Shown in pieces: positions 45,009-57,085 of a stretch of DNA of 64,000 nucleotides. The position numbers and the translations under genes were made by a program. The notes under the pieces are model-generated. The model saw only the letters and a program-made list of their open reading frames with translations, was not told the origin of the DNA and ran no database searches. Position 1 is the first letter of the stretch; each line of letters opens with the position of its first letter. Origin of the DNA: an uncultured Methanosarcinaceae archaeon (lineage in GTDB: Archaea > Halobacteriota > Methanosarcinia > Methanosarcinales > Methanosarcinaceae); contig CAVTET010000004.1 in assembly GCA_963733675.1 (NCBI GenBank), positions 672,001 to 736,000 of the forward strand, in the 5' to 3' direction.

Positions 45009-45596
45009 CTATCAGGCTTATTTGAGAGCATGTGGCTGGCTGGTCTTGTCGAGTATGATTTCGAAAAAGGATTAGAATGGGAATGACAATCAATTGATGG
45101 TGCTATGACAAAAGCACCATTCGGTGGAGCTAGAAAAGGAGCCAATCCTACTGATCGTGGCAAAAAAGGTACAAAAAGGAATGTTTTAACTGAGGTAAAG
45201 GCATACCACTTTCTGTTGTCGTTGATGGAGCCAATCGTCACGATAAAAAGCTTGTAAAAAGGACTTTAGACGCCATATTCTTTGAAAGACCTTCTCCAGA
45301 AGACATAATTCAGAATATATGCATGGATAAGGGTTATGATTTCACCGATATCAGAAAATTGGTTGAAGAATATGGTTATACTGCGCATATCAAAAGTCGT
45401 GAAGAAGAAAACATAAGAAGAGACATACCTGGTTTTAGGGCAAGAAGATGGGTTGTAGAAAGGACACATTCTTGGCTTAATAGATTCAGAAGACTCCTTA
45501 TAAGATGGGAAAAGAAAATTGAAAATTACCTTGCTATGCTACATTTAGCGTGCGCATTGATAACATTAAGATCAGCAGGACTTTTCGGATAGCCTC
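45009..45596 (+). mobile_element. 5'-truncated copy of the IS1031-like IS5 element
   Basis: Near-identical to reverse complement of 7297-7883; ends TTTTCGGATAGCCTC. Confidence 0.9.
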
Positions 45597-45631
45597 TATA
45601 ACTCCATAATACATAAATTTAAACTAACCGT

Positions 45632-45652
45632 TCCAGTGGAAATTGAGGGGTT
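45632..45652 (+). promoter_or_regulatory. Isolated ORB-like motif
   Basis: TCCAGTGGAAATTGAGGGGTT, same pattern as ORB1-3. Confidence 0.65.
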
Positions 45653-45975
45653 TGAAAGATTTCCTGCCAAAAAATCAGTATCATTTCAAAAATAATTCAA
45701 ATTTATCTAGATAACACAAATAATTTCATAGCATAAACATCGTTTTTTAGAATATATCATACTTCTGTAACTGTGCTGACCTTCTAGGAGACCAGTCAAA
45801 TAACCGCAATCAGTTGCAAGGATAGAAACTTCCCTGAGAATCGTTATTAACGAACGGATTTATATTTTAAGCTACCTTTCCAATGAAAAATAAACTACTC
45901 ATGCAAACACTGTGTATATCAAGTAACCTACTTTCTGCAAATGCACAAACATATAGAATTTATTTATATATTTAT

Positions 45976-46069
45976 CCACTATTATTCATTGGAAGTTAGA
46001 TTAAGTTTTAATGATGCTGTCATATTGAGAAAATAGATGACATTCCTATGTAAATCTGCAGAAAATAGG
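45976..46069. repeat. Family C repeat (inverted)
   Basis: Reverse-complement similarity to 27486-27579. Confidence 0.78.
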
Positions 46070-46722
46070 AAATAAGATATATAAATGCCTTTTTTTGTAT
46101 GAAGTATCGCAAAAAATTCTCACGGACAATAAATCATCAATTATTTGAAATACATGTGCTTTTCAATTGGAAAAATTACTGTTTTAAGTTTGATGTGAGG
46201 TAATTATAGTAATTATATACATCTATTCGTTGGTGCTGAACCTAAATATTATCCTTCAATAGTGATGCAATTTATAAAAGGCATCACACCAAGAAAAACC
46301 TTTAAAGTAATACTCTGAGATTAAAAACAGTTATGAAATTGTGAACTCTGAGTGATTGTACAACTTCCGATGTAATTAAAAACATGTTGAAAATCAGGAA
46401 GATCAGGAAGAAAAAAGAATATAAACAAATGAAAACATTCAATTTTGAATTACTCTTCAATATCAATGGCAATAGAGCAAAAATATCCCGTTGATTTATA
46501 GTAGGAGAGACACCAAACTTTGATTGATCTAACAGAAAATACGAATATACATACATATTTGAGTAAAATGCCCGATGGATTTTAATGCTTATGGTTTTTA
46601 GTAATACCCCTCAAGACCTGAACTTCCATTTCGATTTTATTGTAGTTTTGTAGCCATTAATTTATAGATCATCATTTAATATAATAGTAATTGTGCGAAT
46701 GTCTGTGATGAGGCATTGAGGA

Positions 46723-48711
46723 TCAAATGAATAGCATAAAAACTACATAGGCGATCATTATCATGCTGACACTATGTTTCAAGCCCATGTACACTGATCC
46801 CTGTCCCATCTTCCCGGCAACGAGTCCGGAAACGAAGGCCTGAATAAGGGTTGAGTGAAACATGAGCATTGTATACTCCTTAATATTAAAGGATTCGTTC
46901 CCTATTCCTGCATACCAAATTTCCTGAGAAGAGCTTGTAAAAGAGACACTTTGAGGAAAAAAATATAAAACCAGAATATAGACTATGAAAACGAAGACAA
47001 AAAAAGCGACATATATGGTGACTACGTAGACAGCCATGTCTGAAGAGCGTTCTTTTTTCAGCTCTTCTTCACTTTTAACCTGTTCAGAGGTAACTAAAAG
47101 CACATTTTTAAGATCACTTGTAGACTCGTTTGCTTTTATAAGTGTATGAAGAACTCGGCTTGAAGTAGATGTTTTGATGTTATTTCCAAGCTTCATAAGA
47201 ACTCTTGAAGTTGAGGTCCCCCAAGACATATCTTCTTTTAGCTTTTTAAGTTCCTTTGTAAGAATGCCCATTTTGGATTCAGCCATTAATTTCAAAGAGT
47301 TTGAAAAAAGAATTCCAGAGCCATTCAGATTGGAAAGGTTCCTTAACAAATCAGGCATTTTCTCGTCAATTTTACGCATTCTCCAGGCTCTAATCTCATA
47401 AAAAATAATAAAGGGAATCAGGACAATGGAGATAAATATAATGAAGTAATTTTGAATTTCGCTGATCAGCTGGATGCTGCTACCACTAATATGGGTAAAA
47501 TTTAGAGCCAGGTGGAAATTAGAATTGAAATCATCTGTAAGATTTTTTGGAATACGGGTAAGATAATATAGTCCAAGAGGAATTCCAATGAAAAATGTGT
47601 ATATGGGCTCGTCCCGAATAGTTTTGTATGGGTTGAATATCAAATCTTTGATATAATTAAGTTTTCTGTATGACAAGAACTTTTTACTCCTCTTGTCCTC
47701 CTCTTCTACACTAAGCCCCGAGCTGATCTCTGGAATATCGCAAAGGTCTATAGAGAAGCCAGAAACATTAGCTTTCCTCGTATCCATCGAGAGTTCTCCT
47801 ATTGTATCTAAGAGCACTAGGAATAAAAGATTTGCAAGAGGTATGATAACATAAATGAGTAGGTAAAGAATCTGTGCTGAAGCCGGCCGAAATAACTGCA
47901 ATACAATAAGGGTTGTCATTATAAAAAGAGGACCCGCAACTAGCACTGTCACATAAATTTCGGCAAGAACATCAAGCTTTCTTAAAAAATTTCTGTTTGC
48001 CATCTCTACCATATCCTGGTATTGCTCTAATTTGCTTTTTATGTACTCTATTATGGCCTCGTTGCTTGAAACAAGAATTAATCCATCACTAAATTCCTTG
48101 AAAAGTTCTGAAGAGGTACGTTCCTTGGCAGAATTAAGAGCACTTATGAAGTCTTTGCCCAGATAATCCATGTCCCTCACAATATAGGATACTTCTTCTG
48201 CAGCTGTACCAAATATATGAGTATACCTGCTTAAGGATCTGAATACGTCATAAATCAATACACCTCCTTTGGTCAGAGCATACATGTAAGTTACTGACGA
48301 AAGCATAGATTTATCTATACAAGCTTGTCGGAGATCTGCCTGAAAATAAGGAAAGATATATGCAAAGCCAAAAACGGCCAAAAAACTAAGAAAGAACAAT
48401 AAAAGGATGTTTAAAATTCCAAGTGAATATAGATGACCTTCTACAAAACCAGCATTTGTAGAGTTCAAAAAATGGATAAGGCGATAAATTGGATTCCCAA
48501 AGGTTTTCAGCCCCAAAAATGCGCCGAAAATTCCTCCAATAAGTCCTGCAATTATAGAATACATGCAGGCAGATGCCAGATACTGGTCTACTGACATGGA
48601 AATATGGGATTTTCGTATTTTTGCCTTTAAAGCCATAAATTTTTCTTTATTTTTGTAAAAAAAAATTCCAAAAATTCTGTATGCCAGTTCATTTAAAACA
48701 GTATAATCCAT
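46723..48711 (-). CDS. Type II secretion F / TadC-PilC-like membrane platform protein
   Basis: Multiple TM segments, two T2SSF-like domains, GLVAGKMGQG...GLKHS. Confidence 0.88.
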   Translation of the reverse strand: MDYTVLNELAYRIFGIFFYKNKEKFMALKAKIRKSHISMSVDQYLASACMYSIIAGLIGGIFGAFLGLKTFGNPIYRLIHFLNSTNAGFVEGHLYSLGILNILLLFFLSFLAVFGFAYIFPYFQADLRQACIDKSMLSSVTYMYALTKGGVLIYDVFRSLSRYTHIFGTAAEEVSYIVRDMDYLGKDFISALNSAKERTSSELFKEFSDGLILVSSNEAIIEYIKSKLEQYQDMVEMANRNFLRKLDVLAEIYVTVLVAGPLFIMTTLIVLQLFRPASAQILYLLIYVIIPLANLLFLVLLDTIGELSMDTRKANVSGFSIDLCDIPEISSGLSVEEEDKRSKKFLSYRKLNYIKDLIFNPYKTIRDEPIYTFFIGIPLGLYYLTRIPKNLTDDFNSNFHLALNFTHISGSSIQLISEIQNYFIIFISIVLIPFIIFYEIRAWRMRKIDEKMPDLLRNLSNLNGSGILFSNSLKLMAESKMGILTKELKKLKEDMSWGTSTSRVLMKLGNNIKTSTSSRVLHTLIKANESTSDLKNVLLVTSEQVKSEEELKKERSSDMAVYVVTIYVAFFVFVFIVYILVLYFFPQSVSFTSSSQEIWYAGIGNESFNIKEYTMLMFHSTLIQAFVSGLVAGKMGQGSVYMGLKHSVSMIMIAYVVFMLFI

Positions 48712-48720
48712 ATACTCCTC

Positions 48721-50397
48721 TTAAGTAATCATATTCTGTATCATATCCTTTAAAGTACCATTTTTTACAGACTCCATAATCATCTTTGGATAACTCTGAT
48801 ATGCTTGGACTACAAGAGATACCTGGATATAACTCCTCATTTTATTTTCATACATATATGTCAGTATTTTTCTCCGATTTCCCATCTCATCTCTCAACTG
48901 ACTTGCATCCAATCCTCTGGTATACATTATATCCTGCATGATATGGGAATCTCCTACCTTGATGAAACCATCTTCTGAAGGTTCCCAGCTAAAAAGCTCA
49001 TTTATTCCAAGGTCTCCAGTCTCAGTGTCGATATTAAGGACTTCCACAAAGCTTCTGCTTCTCCTAACTCTTTTCTCCCCAATATACATCTGTTCCTGTA
49101 TACAAAGTACATTCAGAGACTGCAGCATCATTTGAGGCACATTTATGGGCTCATGTGTGAGCCTATTTATAACTGTCTGCACGTCACCTGCATGCATGGT
49201 TGAGCTCGTCGCATGCCCTGTTGACATTGCCTGGAAAAGAGTAAGTGCCTCACTACCCCTCACTTCCCCCACGATGATAAAGTCTGGACGCTGTCTGAGA
49301 GCAGCCCTCAGAAGATCATACATGGAAACTTCCCCCGTCGCATCGGAAGCAAAACTTTCCCGCGTTATTTCGGAAACCCAGTTATTGTGGTAGAGTAAGA
49401 GTTCTCTTGTGTCCTCGATAGAGACTATCTTAGCTGTGCAAGGCATAAAGAGAGATGTGGCATTGAGCATCGAAGTTTTCCCCGAAGCTGTCCCTCCTGC
49501 AAATAGAATATTGTAGCCATTCTCGATGACCAACCAGAGATATATAAGCATTTCAAGGGAGCAGGTATTAAAACCAAGCAGATCTATAGGAGTTATGGGG
49601 TCCTTCCTGAATTTACGGATAGTAAAAGAGCTGCCTCTGGGAGTGATTTCTCTTCCTAAAATAGCCTGAAGCCTCGAACCATCTTGAATTGTCGCATCCA
49701 CTATTGGTTGACTTACAGATATATGCTTATTATTCAACTGGCACATTTTGATTACAAAGGAATCAAGTTCATCCTCTTTGAAGGAAATATTACTTTCGAT
49801 ATTGAAGTACTTGGTATGATAAATATAAATTGGAATTTCTACTCCATCACATGAAATGTCTTCTATATAAGGATCATAAAGGAGGGGATTAATTTTATCG
49901 TAACCTAGCAGGTTTCTTCTGAGGTAATATATTATCTTTTGAATAGCGGATGCAGAAATTTTAGCCCTATAACGTTCAAGAAGGTAAAGAGTTTTATCCA
50001 CCAGAAGTGTATCTTTTTCGAATCTGGAAGTTGTGAAATTTAGAACTAGGATATCCTGAAAATCCTCATAAATTCTTTCTAAAAGTTTTTTCTCATATTT
50101 TGTCAGCCCAGGTTCAATAAGTTTGTAGTATTTTGTGCTCCTGTCCTCCAGAATCGATGCAAATGTATAAGGTTCTTGAAGCCAATATCTTTCAATTTCT
50201 ATTAACCCACCAGGCACTATAAACTCAACAAGAGATCCTTGTTTTTCCTGGTCATAAGCCGGTAAAGTCCTCAGTGACTTATTAAAATAACTTCTAGCCC
50301 TCTTTAAGATTTTTGATATGGAATTAATATCTCCCCTTTCACCTAATAACCCCGAGATAAAGTTGTGCTTCACTGGCATTTCTTTTAATACAACCAT
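48721..50397 (-). CDS. Type II/IV secretion or archaeal pilus assembly ATPase
   Basis: DPYIEDISCDG, GSRLQ, FTIRKF, Walker A GGTASGKT, SIEDTREL, LRQRPD, GEVRG, STGH. Confidence 0.93.
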   Translation of the reverse strand: MVVLKEMPVKHNFISGLLGERGDINSISKILKRARSYFNKSLRTLPAYDQEKQGSLVEFIVPGGLIEIERYWLQEPYTFASILEDRSTKYYKLIEPGLTKYEKKLLERIYEDFQDILVLNFTTSRFEKDTLLVDKTLYLLERYRAKISASAIQKIIYYLRRNLLGYDKINPLLYDPYIEDISCDGVEIPIYIYHTKYFNIESNISFKEDELDSFVIKMCQLNNKHISVSQPIVDATIQDGSRLQAILGREITPRGSSFTIRKFRKDPITPIDLLGFNTCSLEMLIYLWLVIENGYNILFAGGTASGKTSMLNATSLFMPCTAKIVSIEDTRELLLYHNNWVSEITRESFASDATGEVSMYDLLRAALRQRPDFIIVGEVRGSEALTLFQAMSTGHATSSTMHAGDVQTVINRLTHEPINVPQMMLQSLNVLCIQEQMYIGEKRVRRSRSFVEVLNIDTETGDLGINELFSWEPSEDGFIKVGDSHIMQDIMYTRGLDASQLRDEMGNRRKILTYMYENKMRSYIQVSLVVQAYQSYPKMIMESVKNGTLKDMIQNMIT

Positions 50398-51026
50398 ACT
50401 TCAGCCTTCAGGTTCTCCTTAAGTCATATAAGCCCAACACATTATAAAAACTTATACACTTCACTTCACCATAAATAAATATTAACCACAGTTATAGTTA
50501 ATATTGATCCTTTATCTAGCCTCATTAGGATTTAAAAATTTGATTTCAAATAAAATAATTAAATTTAATTCAAAAGTGACGCACGTTATATTTTATTATA
50601 AAAAATTAAATATATTTAAAATTTATTGCGCTTTCTGAAATACACCTCTAGTATGATATTCTGAGAAATCTATAATTTATCCTAAATGCAATTCTTCTGT
50701 TAGGATTACTCACGTATTAAGTGACAGTTTTAGAAGCAATAATAGATATGGAATTTGTCTGTGGATTGCTGCATGAAATCTACGCCGATTCTCACTTACA
50801 AACAATATCTTGTTCTTCACACAATCCATTTTAGCAGAAAATCATCGTTTTATCGGATATAAGGCCATCGGCTACAAAAACGGCTTGACCTTACGTATTG
50901 CTCGAAAATATGGTGCCTATGGAGTTGATCAAACACATGAAGAGAGCAGAACATAATTGGTAGAACTCACTGAAATCGACAACTATAAAATTTTTTCTTC
51001 AGGATATCAGCTTGCTTCATAGCTTG

Positions 51027-51133
51027 AAGCTGTTCTAATGTGTACCAATCTGCGGATAAATTTTACATAGGGAGAATCACAAAAATAAAATCAAGATAGC
51101 AAGGTGGATTCTAACGCAGATTACCCAGGCAGC
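51027..51133. repeat. Family E repeat
   Basis: Reverse-complement similarity to 14305-14411. Confidence 0.72.
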
Positions 51134-51585
51134 CTGAAGAAAAAAATAACAAGTTAAAAGAGTTTTTTAAGCGAAAGAAAAGTCAATTGACCATGTAAAC
51201 ACAATTATTAATCTAGAAAAGAAAATTATCAAAATTTTATGGTGTCTTATTACAAATGATGAGATGTAAAGAAGATAAAATAGCGTAGAAAAAGGAGAAA
51301 ATCAGAAGAGGATATTGTTGAGACTGAAAACTTTTCAGTTACTGACAGATAAAAACAATTAGTGGAAAATCGAAATTGAGAAAAAGAGAATTAGACGAGT
51401 GCATAAGGAAGATCCCTCTCATGTACTTCCACACCAAATCCCGTTATCATTATGTACCATTGACTCGTATATATAATGTAATAATAAGTGCATAAAAACA
51501 TCCAAAAAGTACAAAAAAGACAAGGAACAGGGAAAGAACACAAAATACATCCCGAAAAAATATTTTTGACCCGAATTCGAATTTT

Positions 51586-51679
51586 AGAGAATTTCGATAA
51601 ATCTCTGATTTTCACGAGTCATGTATAATATGCCCTTTAGAAGCATATGACGAAATTTAGGAGTTCATCGAAATGTTCT
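51586..51679. mobile_element. MITE family B
   Basis: AGAGAATTTCGATAAA ... TTCATCGAAATGTTCT. Confidence 0.78.
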
Positions 51680-51855
51680 TTAAAAAAATTATAGTTCCAG
51701 ACCTTAATTTAATTGGAAAACTAAAACAATATGGATTATTTTTCACAGGAAACCTTCCACAAGAAATTTTCCAGAAGAAACTTGAAATTTGAAAAGATTT
51801 GGTACTTTAAATTGCCGGTTTTTAAAATACTGAAGTTAAAAGGGGATGGCAGTCA

Positions 51856-52485
51856 ATGGTAAATGACCCTGAAAGAGAAGTAGGTACTGACATTCACAAC
51901 AGAGAGATTGAAAGAGAGGTCTCAGTTGCTGAAGTCATGAATAAAACAGTCATAGTAATGGATATCAACTCAAATATTCAATCTATTGCTATGGAAATGG
52001 TCAGTTGTGAAGCAGGAAGCGTTATTATTACTGAAAACAGAAAGGCTATTGGGATAATAACTGAAAGGGATCTTGTGAAGAATATAGTTGCAGAGGATAG
52101 GAGACCAAGTGAAGTGAATGCGAGTGAAATCTTTTCAACCCCACTGACAACCATTGAACCCGAGAAAAGTGTCGTAGAAGCTTCCGAAATCATGTTGAAA
52201 GCAAATATAAAAAGGCTGCCAGTTCTGGAGAAGGATACAATAATAGGAGTGATCTCAACTACTGATATTTTGATGGTAACACCTGGGCTCAATACTATAC
52301 TCAAAGATCTTATTGATATGAACCGTGAGACTCTACTCTCTATTCCCTCAGTTGAAGAGCTTTCAGAGGAATTCAGTACAGGAATATGTGAATCCTGTGA
52401 AACTTATTCATCTGATCTTAAATTTATGGACGGTAAGTACTTATGTGGGAAATGTCAACAAGAAGAAGGAGAGTACTACGAATGA
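51856..52485 (+). CDS. CBS-pair protein with C-terminal zinc ribbon
   Basis: GIITERDL, IKRLPV, GVISTTDI; CESC...CGKC. Confidence 0.9.
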   Translation: MVNDPEREVGTDIHNREIEREVSVAEVMNKTVIVMDINSNIQSIAMEMVSCEAGSVIITENRKAIGIITERDLVKNIVAEDRRPSEVNASEIFSTPLTTIEPEKSVVEASEIMLKANIKRLPVLEKDTIIGVISTTDILMVTPGLNTILKDLIDMNRETLLSIPSVEELSEEFSTGICESCETYSSDLKFMDGKYLCGKCQQEEGEYYE

Positions 52486-52547
52486 AGTATATATTTAGCT
52501 ATCAGTCAATGAATATGAGATCTCAGTATAATACAGGGCGGTAAGAA

Positions 52548-53342
52548 ATGAAAGTGGATAAAATTATGTCATATGAACCTGTAAGTATCAAAGCTGGGGA
52601 CTTCATAACTCACGCTCGTCAGCTGATGCGTGATCACTTTCTTCGAGGTATTGTTGTTGTTGATGATGAGAACAGGCTTGTGGGTATGCTGAACGACCAG
52701 GACATTCTTCGAGTCACATCTACTCGCTCGAATGTCACTGTGGGAGGATATGCAAGGCAGACCCCAACAGTCACTCCAGATATGGATGTCGTGAAAGCTG
52801 CAAAGCTGATCGTACAATCAAAACAAAATAGGTGCCCAGTTGTCATATCAACTGACGAACATACAGTTGTAGGGATTCTGAGTGATGTAGACATTCTCAG
52901 AAATGTGGAAATTCCAAGAAACATTCCTGAAACTATAGAAGCGATGATGACAAAAAAAGTTAAAACCTGCTCTCCAGAGGAGAGGGTCAGCAAAGTTTGG
53001 GGGCATATGCTCGAAACAAATTATACAGGCATTCCAGTAGTTTCAAATGGAGGAGAACCTATTGGAATGATAACCAGGAGAGATATAATCAAATCAGGAG
53101 CTGTGCGAATTTCGCTGGAAGATGAGCGAGCAAGCAGTCTTAATGACAGCCCAAAAGTTAAAAAGGTAATGTCAACTCCTACATACACTCTTTCAGAGAG
53201 CGATTCCGTCAAGAGCGCAATTGAGATGATCATTCACTATGACATCGGAAGAGTGACTATAGTAAATGGAAATGGAAAAATATCCGGAATCGTTGATAGA
53301 CAGGATCTTCTTGAATCCATTGTCAATGCCTGGACTGAATAA
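52548..53342 (+). CDS. Four-CBS-domain protein
   Basis: [32 protein letters not shown]. Confidence 0.92.
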   Translation: MKVDKIMSYEPVSIKAGDFITHARQLMRDHFLRGIVVVDDENRLVGMLNDQDILRVTSTRSNVTVGGYARQTPTVTPDMDVVKAAKLIVQSKQNRCPVVISTDEHTVVGILSDVDILRNVEIPRNIPETIEAMMTKKVKTCSPEERVSKVWGHMLETNYTGIPVVSNGGEPIGMITRRDIIKSGAVRISLEDERASSLNDSPKVKKVMSTPTYTLSESDSVKSAIEMIIHYDIGRVTIVNGNGKISGIVDRQDLLESIVNAWTE

Positions 53343-53569
53343 CCTTTCGAAAGCTGCTTTTTGAAAGAAAAGCCTTCACACAAAAAGATTATAGAATTGA
53401 ATGTTGTCATTAAAAAAATATAATTGACAAATAAAAAAAACCTTTCGGAAAGATTCGGGAAAAAATATTATCAGATTTTGTTTTTTTCAGGAAAGAACAT
53501 GGATTTACTGAAAAATAAACTTCAGATTCCAAGGAAATTCCTGCAAGTGGGCAGGAAGAAAAAAGGTAT

Positions 53570-54619
53570 GTGAAAAAAACAATTAACTGCAACTCGAACT
53601 CGGTGGTTCAATTGAACAAAAATACAACATTTTCGTCAGCCGAAAAAATCAAAATTAAGGGAAAACTGAACAAAGGGGACAGGGGAGTGCAGCGGAACGA
53701 CCCGAAGATGGCAAGCAGTACAGGCACAATGGAAATGGGTCCACTGGAATTTAAGTCACGCATTTCGGAACATGAAGGGCGCATCCTAGCTTTAGCAACA
53801 AGGAATGTAGTGACTCTTCCTCCCACAGCAACCATTATGGAAGCAATTAAGATTATGACTGAAAAGAGATTCAGGCGCATTCCGATTACAGATGCTGGAA
53901 CACATAGACTGGAAGGAGTAGTTACTTCCGTAGATATTATCGATTTTCTGGGGGGCGGCAAAAAAAATTTGCTAGTTGAAAAACGCTTCAAGGGTAATCT
54001 ACTGGCTGCAATAAATGAGGAAATACGGCAAATAATGGAAACTGATATTGCCTATCTCCACGAACAGGCAGACTTTAAAGAAGCTGTTTCAGTGATGCTT
54101 GAAAGAAGAACAGGGGGTCTGCCAATTGTGGACGGCAACATGCGTGTGGTTGCAATATTTACCGAAAGGAACGTAATAGAACTTATGGGCGGGCTCGTGA
54201 CAAATAAAACTGTTGATGAATATATGACCAGGAACGTAAAGATGGTATCAACTGATACACCCATTGGACATGCGGCAAAATTAATGGTAGAGAACAAGCT
54301 CCGAAGACTTCCTGTAGTTAAGAATGGAATCTTTGCTGGAATAGTTACAGCCTCTGATATTGTCCATTTCCTTGGGAGGGGAGACGCTTTCAGCAAACTG
54401 ACAACAGGAAATATTCATGAAGCCCTTGACCAGCCTGTGGGATCTATTGTCTCGAAAGATCTAATATGGACAAGTTCTGGCACAGACATGGGAAAAGCAA
54501 TGGGAATTTTGCTCGAGGAAAAAATAGGTTCACTCCCAGTACTGGAAGAAGGAGTGCTACATGGCATAATTACAGAGAGTGATTTCCTGAAACTTTTGAG
54601 TTCTGAACATAATATCTAA
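53570..54619 (+). CDS. Four-CBS-domain protein
   Basis: [34 protein letters not shown]; start uncertain. Confidence 0.92.
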   Translation: MKKTINCNSNSVVQLNKNTTFSSAEKIKIKGKLNKGDRGVQRNDPKMASSTGTMEMGPLEFKSRISEHEGRILALATRNVVTLPPTATIMEAIKIMTEKRFRRIPITDAGTHRLEGVVTSVDIIDFLGGGKKNLLVEKRFKGNLLAAINEEIRQIMETDIAYLHEQADFKEAVSVMLERRTGGLPIVDGNMRVVAIFTERNVIELMGGLVTNKTVDEYMTRNVKMVSTDTPIGHAAKLMVENKLRRLPVVKNGIFAGIVTASDIVHFLGRGDAFSKLTTGNIHEALDQPVGSIVSKDLIWTSSGTDMGKAMGILLEEKIGSLPVLEEGVLHGIITESDFLKLLSSEHNI

Positions 54620-54641
54620 CAAACTATCCAAAGCTAAACTA

Positions 54642-54731
54642 AGGGGATTTAGATAAACCCCAATTTTTGGCTGGTTGCTTATAAGCATATATAGGTAAGT
54701 TATTAAAATCGGAGATTTGTCGGAATTCTCT
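54642..54731. mobile_element. MITE family B variant
   Basis: GATTTAGATAAACCC ... GATTTGTCGGAATTCTCT; similar to 60299-60388. Confidence 0.65.
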
Positions 54732-55033
54732 AAGTTAACTGCAATTAAATTGAAATCCAGAAAAAGTTTGAGCTTAATTTTGCAGGAGCTTAGAGAGGAA
54801 AAAATTACCTTGCTGAATAGATCAAGAAACAATTCCGTAGCGCGGGTGTTCAATATTTTGGAGTGTAGCTAATTTTGAATAAGAACCCTCTCAAATTAGT
54901 TTTCATTCAGCAAAAAGTATCATTATTACCCCTAAAACTATAACATCTACAGTTACAAATTGTGAATTTCGCATCCGATTCAAAAACTGTAATTATCAAC
55001 ACTTATATATTGTAAAAATTAAGGAGGAATTTC

Positions 55034-55879
55034 ATGAATGTGGCGGACATCATGAGTTCACCTGTGTATGTCATAAACGCAGATGAGCCCGTATCCCATG
55101 CAAGAAAACTGATGTTAAAGCATAGAATCAGTACGTTGCTTGTTCTGAATGAGGGAAAGATGGTGGGAATCACCACTAAATCTGACATTATCAACCGTCT
55201 AGCTCAAGCTGAACCCCTCTGGAGGAGAAGGCCAATAGACCAGATTCCTATAAAGCTGTTGATGACAGAATCGGTCATTACTATCTACCCAGAAGCCTCC
55301 ATTTCCCAAGCATCCGCCTTAATGCTTGAGAACCGAGTGCATAACATCCCTGTGGTAAAGAACAAAATTGTAGGTATTGTAACCAGGACAGATCTCGTAC
55401 GCTACGTTGCGGAAAATACTGAAGAAATGAAAACAAAAATTTCTAAATTAATGACTGAAGATGTTATTTCTGTTCACAGACATCATACCATCAACCATGT
55501 AATCGACGAAATGAACAGAAACGAGATCCAAAGAGTAGTCGTTAAGGATGATACAGGAAAATCTGTCGGTATCATTTCCAGGAAAAGCCTTGCTTTAAAC
55601 CTCTTAACTGACAATGAAGGCGGTCTTCCCACAAAAAATATCAAAATGGCCCGCAAATCTTCCCCTGGAGGCCAGAAAACCTACAGATACATAAAAGAGG
55701 TATTTTTGACCGCAGAAGATATCATGGTTTCCCCAATAATTTCCATTGAAGCGGATGAAAACGTCAATACAGCTGCAAAAAAAATGATTGAAGAAGGAGT
55801 TACTGCCCTTCCTGTCAGTGATGGAGAAGATATAGTGGGCATACTAACCAGAACAGATATCATGAAAGCTATCCTCTAA
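55034..55879 (+). CDS. Four-CBS-domain protein
   Basis: [33 protein letters not shown]; AGGAGG SD. Confidence 0.92.
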   Translation: MNVADIMSSPVYVINADEPVSHARKLMLKHRISTLLVLNEGKMVGITTKSDIINRLAQAEPLWRRRPIDQIPIKLLMTESVITIYPEASISQASALMLENRVHNIPVVKNKIVGIVTRTDLVRYVAENTEEMKTKISKLMTEDVISVHRHHTINHVIDEMNRNEIQRVVVKDDTGKSVGIISRKSLALNLLTDNEGGLPTKNIKMARKSSPGGQKTYRYIKEVFLTAEDIMVSPIISIEADENVNTAAKKMIEEGVTALPVSDGEDIVGILTRTDIMKAIL

Positions 55880-56156
55880 AACACAGCGTATGGAGATCTA
55901 CGCAACAAGGAAAAGAAATAGTAACATTAAAGACAACAAAAGCAAAAGAAGAATACTAAGTAAAAATGTGAGATTTTTTATTATTTTCCTTGATTTTTAA
56001 TTTATTACGATCGCAGAATCGGGGTATCCTTTATGAATTTTTGCAATCCCAGAAAATATTTAAAAGTCTCAAAATCTAGAAAAACGGGTGATGAAACCAC
56101 GCAAAAAAATTGCGAAAAATATAATGAAAATTATGGATACGCATAAGGTGAATTGC

Positions 56157-56933
56157 ATGCAAGTTAAAGACATAATGGTACAGCCACATAGAATTGACAA
56201 ATCAGACACCATATCACACGCTCTAGACCTTATGGAGAAAAAGAATACAAAAAGACTGCTAGTAGTCCACAGTGATCAGGTTCTTGGAATACTTACCATG
56301 AGAAGTCTGACAGAGCAGCTCGGAACTCGAAAGAAACTGAGCAAACCAGCATCCTCTCTGCATGTTGCAACAGCCGTATCCGACAACTTTGTAAAGGTTC
56401 TGTCAGATACCGACGTTAAAGATGCCCTTACCCTGATGAAAAAAAAGGGCGGCGTGATCATCGTCACTGATGAAGGAAATGTAATTGGTTGGGTGACTCC
56501 CCAGGAATTTATGAAAATAAGCCATTTCAACGGTTTTGTGGGGGAAGTAATGGAAAAAAGTCCAATCACTATTAGCCCTTTGGATCGTGTGAGTCATGCC
56601 AGGCATCTAATTCTGGACAAAAATGTTGGAAGGCTACCAGTTATTGAAAATGGAAAGCTTGTAGGTATTGTTGCAGAAGATGATATCGCTTTTGCTATGC
56701 GCTCTTTCCGGGATCTTGTGGCTGGCAATCAGCAAGATTCAAGGATCAAGAACCTACTGGTAGGTGATATCATGACTCGAAGTGTAGTCAGTGTCTATAC
56801 CAATACCCCTCTTTCAGAAGCTGTTCAGACAATGCTGGAACACGATGTAGGAGGTGTTCCAGTCTTTAATCTTGAAGAAGAACTTGTTGGTTTCCTGGCC
56901 CGTAGGAATATCATAAATACAATTGCAGAATGA
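56157..56933 (+). CDS. Four-CBS-domain protein
   Basis: MQVKDIM (likely start 56157), [20 protein letters not shown]. Confidence 0.9.
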   Translation: MQVKDIMVQPHRIDKSDTISHALDLMEKKNTKRLLVVHSDQVLGILTMRSLTEQLGTRKKLSKPASSLHVATAVSDNFVKVLSDTDVKDALTLMKKKGGVIIVTDEGNVIGWVTPQEFMKISHFNGFVGEVMEKSPITISPLDRVSHARHLILDKNVGRLPVIENGKLVGIVAEDDIAFAMRSFRDLVAGNQQDSRIKNLLVGDIMTRSVVSVYTNTPLSEAVQTMLEHDVGGVPVFNLEEELVGFLARRNIINTIAE

Positions 56934-56994
56934 ACCAAATATGAAAGCCAACATTCCACAGATGTGCACATGTGTATAATTTGTTTGCCTACTT

Positions 56995-57085
56995 GCCAAG
57001 TATTATTATTGAAAGCTAGATCAATTTTGAAGCTATTTTCATATTGAAAAAAAAGATGGGCCTTGTGTACATCTATAAAAAGTGG
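56995..57085. repeat. Family C repeat (degenerate)
   Basis: ...CATATTGAAAAAAAAGATGG...GTACATCTATAAAAAGTGG. Confidence 0.6.
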
